Sequence record: SRR22947727_255
Length of the DNA stretch: 58,748 nucleotides
Strand: one strand, 5' to 3'
A program made the position numbers and the translations under genes. Below are positions 38,002-46,690 of the stretch, one piece after another (positions within the stretch are counted from its first letter, which is position 1; each line of letters opens with the position of its first letter). Under the pieces are notes generated by a model. The model was not told the origin of the DNA. It saw only the letters and a list, made by a program, of their open reading frames with translations, and did not search any database.

Positions 38002-39524
38002 AAAGTTTCTACGGTTTCTGTTCCAACTCTAACGTCAGCTGCCCCTATCCATGCTTTATCTTTATATATTGCTGAAACTGGTCCATAGGCTTTATCAAAT
38101 TTTTGGTCAATCTGAGTAACTAAGTGACCCTTCGACTCTAGATGTTTAATATCTATATTTTCAAATGCTCCCTCAACGGTTAATTGAGAATCTGTATTAG
38201 ATAAGAAGTCATTTAAAGCCCAGCGACCCTTTTGCATAGTATCCCTAAGAGGAGTTTTGTCCTTTAAGTAAGGGAGTATGACCTGTGCAAGTATTTGTGG
38301 TTGATACCTACCCCCACGAGTTCCAAGTAGTAACTCTAACTTATTATCTTTTGTCCACAGAGTTGGAGATAGTGTATGTAATGGCTTCCTTCCAGCCTGA
38401 AGGTAATTTTTATGCCCTTTTTGTAAGTTAAATCCACACCCGCGATTATGTAGAAAGAATCCATAACTGTCTACACCAATGCGACTTCCAATACCATGAA
38501 AGTTGGACTGAATGAGTGATACACCTAAACCTGATGAGTCTCTTACAGTCATATATGCTGTGCCTCCACCACTTGGTTCAGGAAAGGAAAATTTCTGTGT
38601 TTTTTGATCATCATAGAGCTCAATCTTTTTTTCAATATAATCAAGATCGACGCCTTTGAAGTCAAGAATGTCATCCTTATAGTCGTAAGTAATATTATCT
38701 CTGTCTGCTGCAAATATACGATAACTCTCAATAAGCATGTGTAAGGATTCTTCATATTTTTCGGATAAAAGCTCATAACCCTTCAATGTTGAAAGTGTAA
38801 GATAACTTTGTGTGGACGGAGGAGTAGTCCATCCGTCATAGCCAAATACATTCATTCGCAGTGGTTTAACCCATTCTGAGGAGTAGTTCTTAAGATCCTG
38901 GGGAGAAATATTTCCACCCACAACCTCAGATATTGAAGATGCAATTTCTCCTTTATAAAATACATCAGGGCCCTCATTTGCAATCAGCTCTAGGGTTTTA
39001 CCAAGATTTACACGTCTTATGTGGGCACCAGCAGTTAAAGGAAGTAAATTCTTATAAAAACTCACTGATGATCTTTGTCCGCCAAGGTCACTCTGATGGA
39101 TATCTAAACTTTGTGCAAGCTCTTGATTTATTTCAAAACCTTCATGGCATATTTCGATACCAGTTGCAAAGATTTTTGACATTTCCAATGAACCATATTT
39201 TTCATGAAGTTTAAACCATCCATCCACAGCACCTGGCACTGTGACCGACATTGGATGATTGAGGGGAATAGTATCGCCTGGAATAGATTCTCCGTCAACC
39301 TTAGAACCCGCATACCCTGATGCATCTAGACAATCTGGATCAACTGATCCATCTCTCCAAATAAGAGCAAATAAATCTCCACCTACCCCGCATGTCTCAG
39401 GGGCGACTACACCTTGAACAATATTTACAGCTATTGCGGCATCTACGGCATTACCACCACTTTGTAATATATTTTTTCCCGCTCTTGAGGATAGGTGATG
39501 AGGTGATACGACTATAGAACTCAT
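37998..39524 (-). CDS. ggt: Gamma-glutamyltransferase family protein
   Basis: GGNAVDAAIA, GVGGDLF, catalytic Thr in GTAY, NRGCGF, KPLHTL; start corrected to MSSIVV. Confidence 0.9.
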   Translation of the reverse strand: MSSIVVSPHHLSSRAGKNILQSGGNAVDAAIAVNIVQGVVAPETCGVGGDLFALIWRDGSVDPDCLDASGYAGSKVDGESIPGDTIPLNHPMSVTVPGAVDGWFKLHEKYGSLEMSKIFATGIEICHEGFEINQELAQSLDIHQSDLGGQRSSVSFYKNLLPLTAGAHIRRVNLGKTLELIANEGPDVFYKGEIASSISEVVGGNISPQDLKNYSSEWVKPLRMNVFGYDGWTTPPSTQSYLTLSTLKGYELLSEKYEESLHMLIESYRIFAADRDNITYDYKDDILDFKGVDLDYIEKKIELYDDQKTQKFSFPEPSGGGTAYMTVRDSSGLGVSLIQSNFHGIGSRIGVDSYGFFLHNRGCGFNLQKGHKNYLQAGRKPLHTLSPTLWTKDNKLELLLGTRGGRYQPQILAQVILPYLKDKTPLRDTMQKGRWALNDFLSNTDSQLTVEGAFENIDIKHLESKGHLVTQIDQKFDKAYGPVSAIYKDKAWIGAADVRVGTETVETF

Positions 39525-39565
39525 TTGATAAGTATAGTTTATAAAATAACTCACTATGAAGTTAC

Positions 39566-39590
39566 TTGTATAAACGTCATGTTTATACAA
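39566..39590. promoter_or_regulatory. Perfect 10-5-10 inverted repeat (candidate operator) between divergent ggt and trxA
   Basis: TTGTATAAAC-GTCAT-GTTTATACAA, overlapping TACAAT (39586-39591). Confidence 0.6.
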
Positions 39591-39616
39591 TGTATTTACA
39601 TCACAAAGGAGAAACA

Positions 39617-39925
39617 ATGAAAGATATAAACGCCGAAGAATATGCGGCATTACAAAACTCTGAAACACCAGTAGTTATTGACTTCCACGCAACATGGTGT
39701 GGTCCGTGTAAAGTATTAAGCCCAATCTTAGAAGAACTAGAGGGAGAAGTTGAAAATGTACAGTTTGTTAAGCTTGACGTTGATCAATTTCCTGAAATCG
39801 CAGGAGCAAACCAAGTAATGGGTGTGCCAACTGTCGTTATTCTCAAAGGTGGGGAAGTAAAAGAACGTTTCGTTGGAGTACAACCAAAAGAAACAATAAA
39901 AGAAAAAATAACTGCCTTAAGTTAA
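39617..39925 (+). CDS. trxA: Thioredoxin
   Basis: WCGPC; AAGGAG SD before ATG 39617. Confidence 0.95.
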   Translation: MKDINAEEYAALQNSETPVVIDFHATWCGPCKVLSPILEELEGEVENVQFVKLDVDQFPEIAGANQVMGVPTVVILKGGEVKERFVGVQPKETIKEKITALS

Positions 39926-39927
39926 TA

Positions 39928-40191
39928 ATGCTAAAACTTGTTCTCTTTTTACAAGTTTTAACTCTTATAATCTTTGCCTTATTTGGATTTTTTGTATTTC
40001 AACAAATACAAGTAGTCTCAGAAGACCTAAACGATGCTCTATTAGTTATTGATGAAGTTAGTGCAATTCTTCCAAAATTAGATATTGCATTAGACAGTAT
40101 CAATCAGTTGCAAACTGCGTTTGAAAGTTTAGAAAGTTTAAGCAATGTTTTATCCTTATTGACAGACCCATTTAGTTCAGGAGATCAATGA
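39928..40191 (+). CDS. Hypothetical membrane-anchored helical protein
   Basis: N-terminal TM followed by an amphipathic helix; tightly coupled to both neighbours. Confidence 0.7.
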   Translation: MLKLVLFLQVLTLIIFALFGFFVFQQIQVVSEDLNDALLVIDEVSAILPKLDIALDSINQLQTAFESLESLSNVLSLLTDPFSSGDQ

Positions 40192-40439
40192 AAAATATAA
40201 TGATGTACAGCACCGACTGGTGTGGAGATTGTGTGAGATCTGAAGCCTTGTTAAAGTCCTTAAATGTTTCATTCGATATTGTAAATGTTGATAAAGATGA
40301 TGTTGCAAATTCATATATACAAGAACTTCAAAAAGGTGCGAGAAGAATACCCACAATAGTTTTTCCAGATGATACTTTTTTGGTTGAGCCAAGTGATGTT
40401 CAACTTGAGCAAAAACTCAAAGATCTCGGAACAATATAA
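40188..40439 (+). CDS. Mycoredoxin/glutaredoxin-like protein
   Basis: MYSTDWCGDC...GARRIPTIVFPD..LVEPS, the Mrx1-like pattern. Confidence 0.88.
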   Translation: MKNIMMYSTDWCGDCVRSEALLKSLNVSFDIVNVDKDDVANSYIQELQKGARRIPTIVFPDDTFLVEPSDVQLEQKLKDLGTI

Positions 40440-40441
40440 AC

Positions 40442-41236
40442 TTGACTACTGACAACTTAAGTGCGAATCAGTTAACGAATTTCGTAGATAAATTACTCGA
40501 TCAAACTGGCAAGATAGCTCTAAATTACTTTAGACAAACGAGAAATCTTTCACTAAAAAGTGATCAAAGTCCTGTTACGCATGCTGATCGTGAAATTGAA
40601 ACTCTGATAAGAAAAAATATTCAAAAAGCCTATCCCACCCATAACATAATTGGTGAAGAGTTTGAAGACTTAAATAATGAATCGATCTTTACTTGGATTA
40701 TTGATCCCATCGATGGTACTCGTAGTTTCATTGCTGGAAAACATGATTTTGGAACACTTATCGGCTTGAAACAAGGAGATGAAGTAATAGGAGGGGTTAT
40801 TGATTGTCCAGCTCTTAAAGAAAGATGGATATCTTTCACAGAGAATCAAACTACTGTAAATGGAAATATAACAATTTGCCAATCCGTAGAAACACTTGAG
40901 AATGCTTTGATGGCAACCACATCGAGTCATGAATTTGGTATGAAAAAATGGAAGGCATATCAATCACTTGAAGATTCGGTAAAGGTAACTACCACAGGTA
41001 GCGATTGTTACAACTATGGACTTTTAGCGAGTGGCTATCTAGACATAGTCGCTGAAAGGTTATCAGCTCCTCATGATTATTTACCCCTCATTAAAGTTGT
41101 AGAAGGAGCAGGAGGAGTTATCACTGACTGGGAGGGGAATAAACTTGTCGATAATCAAAAGAATGTTTATGTTCTAGCATCAGCTTCTAAAGAATTACAT
41201 CAGTTAGCATTAAATAAGTTAACGGAAGTAAAATGA
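40442..41236 (+). CDS. hisN: Inositol monophosphatase family, probable histidinol-phosphatase
   Basis: KSDQSPVT, GEE, WIIDPIDGT, DCYNYGLLASG, EGAGG. Confidence 0.75.
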   Translation: MTTDNLSANQLTNFVDKLLDQTGKIALNYFRQTRNLSLKSDQSPVTHADREIETLIRKNIQKAYPTHNIIGEEFEDLNNESIFTWIIDPIDGTRSFIAGKHDFGTLIGLKQGDEVIGGVIDCPALKERWISFTENQTTVNGNITICQSVETLENALMATTSSHEFGMKKWKAYQSLEDSVKVTTTGSDCYNYGLLASGYLDIVAERLSAPHDYLPLIKVVEGAGGVITDWEGNKLVDNQKNVYVLASASKELHQLALNKLTEVK

Positions 41237-42171
41237 AAATCTTAATATGCGATAAATTAGACGCTTTAGCCTTACAAGAGTTAAAAGAGATGGGTAATTG
41301 TGTAGATATATCAACTGAAGAAAATAAAAGAGAAAAATTACTCAGCCATATTCCCGATACAGACCTGGTGTTTATTCGAAGCGCAACTTCTATAGATGAG
41401 GAAGTTATTAAAGAAGGAGCAAACTTAAAAATTATCGCAAGATGTGGTGTGGGGCTGGACAATGTGGATATTCCACAAGCTACCAAAAAAGGTGTACATG
41501 TAACCAATTCTCCAGAAGCAAATATTATTTCTGTTGCAGAGTTAACTGTTGGCTTAATTATCGCTACCGCGAGAAATCTCGTAAAAGGAAACAATTCCCT
41601 AAAGCAAAAAAAGTGGGATAGAGCAGCCTTGACTGGAATAGAGTTACACGGAAAAATTCTAGGTTTTGTGGGATTTGGAAGAGTAGCAAGGTTAGTGGCG
41701 ACAAGAATGCAGAGTTTTGGAATGCAAATTGTATTTTTTGATCCATACGTCCAAGAATCAACCGAAAATGAAACAAAAATGGAATTAGACGATCTTTTAC
41801 AACAAGCTGATGTAGTTTCTCTTCATGTTGTTAAGAATAAAGAGACCATGAATCTTATTTCTAAAGAGAAGTTATCACTTATGAAGCAAGATTCAATAAT
41901 CGTGAATACATCCAGGGGAGGTGTTGTTGATGAATCCGAAGTTTTACGTCTTGTTGAAGAAGGAAAACTTTTTTCAGCAGCTCTTGATGTTTACGAACAA
42001 GAACCTCCAGCATATACAGCAGAATTAACTCAGTCATCTTCAATCACACTTCCACATTTGGGTGCTTCAACACGAGAAGCACAGCTCAAGGCAGGTTCAG
42101 ATACAATTAAAAATGTTAAGAGTATTTTAAGTGGAGATTTTTCTGCATCAGTCAATGCTACGGATTTCTAA
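41233..42171 (+). CDS. serA: D-3-phosphoglycerate dehydrogenase-like hydroxyacid dehydrogenase without ACT domain
   Basis: RCGVGLDNVD, GFGRVA, NTSRGG, PHLGASTREAQ. Confidence 0.75.
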   Translation: MKILICDKLDALALQELKEMGNCVDISTEENKREKLLSHIPDTDLVFIRSATSIDEEVIKEGANLKIIARCGVGLDNVDIPQATKKGVHVTNSPEANIISVAELTVGLIIATARNLVKGNNSLKQKKWDRAALTGIELHGKILGFVGFGRVARLVATRMQSFGMQIVFFDPYVQESTENETKMELDDLLQQADVVSLHVVKNKETMNLISKEKLSLMKQDSIIVNTSRGGVVDESEVLRLVEEGKLFSAALDVYEQEPPAYTAELTQSSSITLPHLGASTREAQLKAGSDTIKNVKSILSGDFSASVNATDF

Positions 42172-42249
42172 AAAACTAGTTGTCATAGAAATAATTAATG
42201 TGCATAATTAAAATACGATTTAGTTGTTTTAGGCTGGCACCAAACTAAC

Positions 42250-43422
42250 TTAATCTTCTTCCAAAGAAACGAATGTATCAAATCCATACTTCATATCTAT
42301 GATTTCATATAACGGCCATCCATAAGGAGTGCAACCATCTGTAGTTTTGCTTTGTTGCATCATTACTGGTGCTAGTGCTCCATCTTTAGGACAACCAGTA
42401 TGACCCCAACCTAAAATATGACCAGTTTCATGATTTATTAAATAAAGTCTGTATGTTCTCATATCATTACCAAAATCAATAGCACCACTTTCCCAACGGA
42501 AATAGTTAATGATTATCTCTTCTTCATTCCTACATGAGTAAATACCATTAGTTTCCAAAGGGGCACAAAGCTCATCTGTTTTATCTGGAGATGAAAAAAT
42601 AAAAGTAAAATCAGCTTCCTCTTCGCTGACAAGTAAAAACTTTTTTTCAGTAATATTACTCCAACCTCTTGTGTCATTGAGAATTGAAGATATTAACTTT
42701 CCCATACAATCTGGACCAACCGGAATGCTCGTTTCAATTTTTAATGCGAAATTTATGAAGTTGTCATCTCTAACCTGTATTTCTTCAGGATATAACCATT
42801 CATCATCACTGCTGACTAATCCTCTGTTGATACAACCACTTTTTAAAAAGTTATAGGATATTACCTGTGCTTGTAGAAGTTCATCACTGTTAGCAAATAT
42901 AGCTGTTCTCTTAATACTTGATTTAAACCTTTCTTCATATAATGAGGTGATTAGCACTGTTTCCTGTTCAAGATTTTCAATAATGTCTGTATATTTGATT
43001 ACTTCTAAAAGTTTATTTATATTGTTTTGAGATAAATCTTTTGTATTTCGTACTAGAAAGTTAGTAGCTTCTTGAGCCAGTTCTTCATAGACATTCTTTT
43101 CTTTTAAAATCAGCAAGTTTGCTTCATAAGTATCTTTCAAACATTCTGGTTCAGAATAGGCAAGTTCAATCTTAGTCTTGCAGTTTGTAATATTCGAAGT
43201 ATAGATGTTGACAATAAAATCCTGAAGGCTTTCATCTGGAAATGGAAAATTTTCTACAAGTTGAGTGGTCGAGGTACTTTCAGTCGATTTAATAGTAACA
43301 GTGGGTACTTCTTCTGCTGCGATGACAACTTCACCGTCTGAATTTGAAAAGTATGTCAATGCTGAGATTGATACAACCGTTAAGAGTGTAAAAAGTATTA
43401 CTAATTGTGTCTTGTTATTCAC
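42250..43422 (-). CDS. Membrane-anchored DUF3152-domain zincin-like protein
   Basis: LNDTRGW, YSCR, YLINHETGHILGWGHTGCP, APVMMQQS. Confidence 0.85.
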   Translation of the reverse strand: MNNKTQLVILFTLLTVVSISALTYFSNSDGEVVIAAEEVPTVTIKSTESTSTTQLVENFPFPDESLQDFIVNIYTSNITNCKTKIELAYSEPECLKDTYEANLLILKEKNVYEELAQEATNFLVRNTKDLSQNNINKLLEVIKYTDIIENLEQETVLITSLYEERFKSSIKRTAIFANSDELLQAQVISYNFLKSGCINRGLVSSDDEWLYPEEIQVRDDNFINFALKIETSIPVGPDCMGKLISSILNDTRGWSNITEKKFLLVSEEEADFTFIFSSPDKTDELCAPLETNGIYSCRNEEEIIINYFRWESGAIDFGNDMRTYRLYLINHETGHILGWGHTGCPKDGALAPVMMQQSKTTDGCTPYGWPLYEIIDMKYGFDTFVSLEED

Positions 43423-43457
43423 TATCTAATTTTAGCGACAAAAAGTTCAAATCAGCT

Positions 43458-44021
43458 TTAATTAATTTTGTAACCTTTTTCATCTATAAATTCTTCTGGT
43501 TCTAGTCCCAAACCATCAGCAACACGATTTATGTAATTAAAATAAGAAACTATTTGGACTATCTCTGAGATTTCCTTATCGCTTAAATCATAATTTGAAA
43601 GGGTATCAATATCTAATTTAGTAATAGTGCTTGGCTGTAAAGTTAACTTTTCAGCAAATAAACACATTGCAGTTTGTATTTCACTTATAGAGCTATTTTT
43701 CCAATTAGCTGCTATCTCGTCTACAAGCTTTTGGTTTTGGGTCTCCGACCGGAGATCATATAAATGAGAACGTACTCAATACTCACATTCATTTGCTAAT
43801 GAAGTTACTACGGCTAATAATTCCCTATCAAATCTATCTATCTTAGAATTTCCATACATAGTGGAACCGTACAACCTCATAGAATCTTCTAAGATTTCAG
43901 GTGTCTGAGATTGAATAGTTAACACTTTCCATATACGACCAGCTCGTCTGATTCCCTTTTCATATTCCTTTTTCAACAAACCACTGGAGTTTTCAAAATT
44001 AAAAATGTTTATAAATGCCAT
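43458..44021 (-). CDS. AhpD/CMD-like peroxidase, predicted selenoprotein (CxxU, Sec82), 187 aa
   Basis: The two track ORFs are in one frame and joined by a single TGA (43776-43778): RELLAVVTSLANECEY-U-VRSHLYDL...FAEKLT...YFNYINRVADGLG. A hairpin follows the TGA. Confidence 0.85.
43742..43778 (-). promoter_or_regulatory. Candidate bacterial SECIS element
   Basis: UGA, 20 nt, then UCUCC-GGUC-GGAGA: a 5-bp stem with a G-initiated loop 26 nt after the UGA. Confidence 0.75.
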
Positions 44022-44051
44022 ATTTAATATTTTTGCTTTAAAATTGAAATT

Positions 44052-44492
44052 ATGCAACTACCTGATGAATTAAAAATAGCAATAGATAGAAACGCATTTT
44101 GTGCAATGGCAACACATTTAAATATGAATGAAATTCAAAACCATTTAATGTGGATTGATTATGTCGGTGAGAATCTAGTTATCAATACTGAAAAAGGTAG
44201 GCAAAAGACCCTCAATATTAGGAGCGACAAAAATATCTCACTTGTTATATTTGAGCCCCAAGCGATGTACTCCAGTTGGGAAATCAGGGGAGAGGTCCAA
44301 GAGGTCATAGATGACAGCACAGCTAATAATCACATTGATAGGTTATCAAATAGGTACACCGGGCATCCATACAATAGAGATAATGATGTAAGTTGGGAAG
44401 AAGCTCAAATCAAAGATAGAGAGATGTGGAAAATTAAAATAAACAAATTAATATCAATGGTCCGACCTCAGGCTAAATCTGATCCTGAGTAA
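44052..44492 (+). CDS. PPOX-class (FDOR) F420-dependent oxidoreductase
   Basis: MWID...INTEKGRQKTLNIRSDKNISL...EIRG...HIDRLSNRYTG pattern. Confidence 0.8.
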   Translation: MQLPDELKIAIDRNAFCAMATHLNMNEIQNHLMWIDYVGENLVINTEKGRQKTLNIRSDKNISLVIFEPQAMYSSWEIRGEVQEVIDDSTANNHIDRLSNRYTGHPYNRDNDVSWEEAQIKDREMWKIKINKLISMVRPQAKSDPE

Positions 44493-45115
44493 AACTTTAA
44501 GTAGGGATTTTCTTCAAAAAGTTTTTTATTTTCTTCTGAAAGCTGAGAGACAATTAATTCCTCAGCTTCAAAGGTGAGATTTCCACCGCGTGATTCAATA
44601 TGCTCATTTTTAAGAAAAATTGATTTAGGTGTTTTTTTGAGGTATCTCTTAAAATTTTCCTCTGAAATCCTTAATTCTTTAGCTAGAGAAAGTTCGACTT
44701 TAACGGAAACTGGCAGAACGTTACACGCAAAGACATACAACGAGCCAAACATTGCCCAATCATAATCTGTTATTCTTCTGCTTTTCTCAAAGCTAGTAAA
44801 GTCATGTTTCATAAAATATTTATAGGGACTGTGGTTAATTCCAGACTTATCACCAAGCATTTTAAAGAGATATCTATCTAAAAGCTTTACATCTAGGGAG
44901 GCAGTCAATCCCTCTAAACCTTTTTTAGTTAAAGAAAATTGGTCTTGATGGGTTTCAATCCTCAGATTATTAATTATTATTTTTCCAAAATAATTCTCAA
45001 TCTCTACAAATAGTGATAGATTTTTAGGGATAAAGATGAGGCCTTCATTATCATCACTATTTAATTCCACAGTCAACTTTGAAGTTAATGCAAAATCATT
45101 TCCTTGTATTTTCAT
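44468..45115 (-). CDS. Hypothetical protein with possible C-terminal HTH
   Basis: 215-aa ORF containing RRITD...LAKELRISEENFKRYL...GGNLT. Confidence 0.65.
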   Translation of the reverse strand: MKIQGNDFALTSKLTVELNSDDNEGLIFIPKNLSLFVEIENYFGKIIINNLRIETHQDQFSLTKKGLEGLTASLDVKLLDRYLFKMLGDKSGINHSPYKYFMKHDFTSFEKSRRITDYDWAMFGSLYVFACNVLPVSVKVELSLAKELRISEENFKRYLKKTPKSIFLKNEHIESRGGNLTFEAEELIVSQLSEENKKLFEENPYLKFYSGSDLA

Positions 45116-45160
45116 AAATTACCTTGGTTAAGTTTAACTTTATAACCATAATAGTTGTAT

Positions 45161-45500
45161 GGGGGTGAACTGGCTTCGACTTTGAAGTGAGTCTCTCAGT
45201 AGCGAGCCGAGGGACCTAGGGCCTCGTTAAAAACGTAGGAAAACAATATAACTGCCAAACCTAAATTGGCTTTAGCCGCTTAATGCGACTCGTCGACCAT
45301 CGGGGCTCCCACCTCGGATGGTATCGGCGTCGAAATGTGGGATGCTAAGTTAAGCTACCGATTAACTTTTAAGATTAAGGTAGAAAACTTTTGAGAATAT
45401 GTCTCTGGTGTCTTTCTCAAAAGTATTAACACCAGATGCGCTCGGAGAAGCTGTTAGGTAGCTTAAAAGGACCGGGGTTCGACTCCCCGCACCTCCACCA
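45161..45500 (+). ncRNA. ssrA: tmRNA
   Basis: 5' GGGGGTGAACTGGCTTCGAC and 3' GGGGTTCGACTCCCCGCACCTCCACCA; G3.U pair in the acceptor stem; tag ORF 45254-45283 AKPKLALAA*. Confidence 0.97.
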
Positions 45501-45502
45501 AA

Positions 45503-46690
45503 GTGAGAAGTAGTAAAAAATATGACTATATTGTTATCGGTGGTGGCATCGTTGGGCTTTCTACTGCTTTAAAGCTGCAAGAAGCTAATAAAAAAATTCT
45601 TATCCTTGAAAAAGAAAGGTCTGTTGGCCTGCATCAATCAGGACGTAACTCTGGAGTGCTACATTCTGGGATCTACTATAAACCTAATTCATTCAAATCT
45701 AATCTATGCATACGAGGTAGAGAACTAATGCTTAAGTTTTTAGAGTCAAATAATATCCCGTATAGGCTCGAAGGCAAAATTGTTGTAGATGAGAATATGC
45801 AAAAAATAGAATCTCTCTTTGAAAGATCGAAATTATTATCAATGAGTGGAGTGCAGGTATTGGAGAAAGATGAACTTATTGATAAAGAACCTAATTCCAA
45901 AATTCTACAGGGATTATTTGTACCTCAAGCTGGGGTAGTTGACTATAAAACTGTGACAGAAACGATGGCTACCATTTTTAGAAATAAAGGTGGAGATGTT
46001 GAATACTTTCAAGAAATTGTGAATATAACAGAAAATAACGATGCAAAGTTAGTTAGTAGCAAAAAAGAAACTTTTACTGGTGATTTCTTGATAAATTGCG
46101 CTGGATTGTTTTCTGATAAAGTCGCAAAACTAGATGGATTAAACCCGAAGGTTAAAATCATTCCTTTCAGAGGTGAGTATTATGAAATTGTTAATGAAAA
46201 GAGTCATCTCCTTAACAATATGATTTATCCAATAGCAGATCCAGATTTACCATTTTTAGGAATACATTTAACTAAAACTGTTGATGGAAGAATAGAAGCT
46301 GGCCCAAATGCAGTACTAGCTTTTTCAAGAGAAGGATATTCGTGGACAAAATTTAACTTATTTGAAACTCTAGAAACTATTACTTATAAAGGAATGGTTA
46401 AGCTTGGGAGAAAATATTTCAAGACTGGAATTGATGAAATGTATAGGTCTCTAAATAAAGCAGCATTCGTTCAAGAGGTTAAGAAATTATTACCTGGGAT
46501 TGAATCAGAAGACTTGGTTCAAAGACCTGCGGGTGTGAGAGCACAAGCTGTATCTGATGATGGAAGTTTGTTAGATGATTTCTTATTTGAAGAGGGGTAT
46601 AAATCACTGCATGTTCTGAATGCTCCTAGTCCTGCTGCTACGGCATCACTTGCTATTGGTGAATATATAGCATCTAAAGTTTTGAATTAA
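45503..46690 (+). CDS. lhgO: L-2-hydroxyglutarate oxidase
   Basis: HQSGRNSGVLHSGIYY, PFRGEY, PFLGIH, GVRAQA, NAPSPAATASL. Confidence 0.92.
   Translation: MRSSKKYDYIVIGGGIVGLSTALKLQEANKKILILEKERSVGLHQSGRNSGVLHSGIYYKPNSFKSNLCIRGRELMLKFLESNNIPYRLEGKIVVDENMQKIESLFERSKLLSMSGVQVLEKDELIDKEPNSKILQGLFVPQAGVVDYKTVTETMATIFRNKGGDVEYFQEIVNITENNDAKLVSSKKETFTGDFLINCAGLFSDKVAKLDGLNPKVKIIPFRGEYYEIVNEKSHLLNNMIYPIADPDLPFLGIHLTKTVDGRIEAGPNAVLAFSREGYSWTKFNLFETLETITYKGMVKLGRKYFKTGIDEMYRSLNKAAFVQEVKKLLPGIESEDLVQRPAGVRAQAVSDDGSLLDDFLFEEGYKSLHVLNAPSPAATASLAIGEYIASKVLN

Noticed and set aside
43458-44057. Two separate small genes or a nonsense pseudogene
   Set aside because: The single TGA falls exactly on the catalytic Cys column, both halves are intact and in frame, and a SECIS-like hairpin follows. 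Recoding is the better explanation, though not proven.
45161-46690. Prophage or genomic island integrated at ssrA
   Set aside because: There is no integrase, no duplicated tmRNA 3' end that I could see, and a metabolic gene starts 2 nt downstream.
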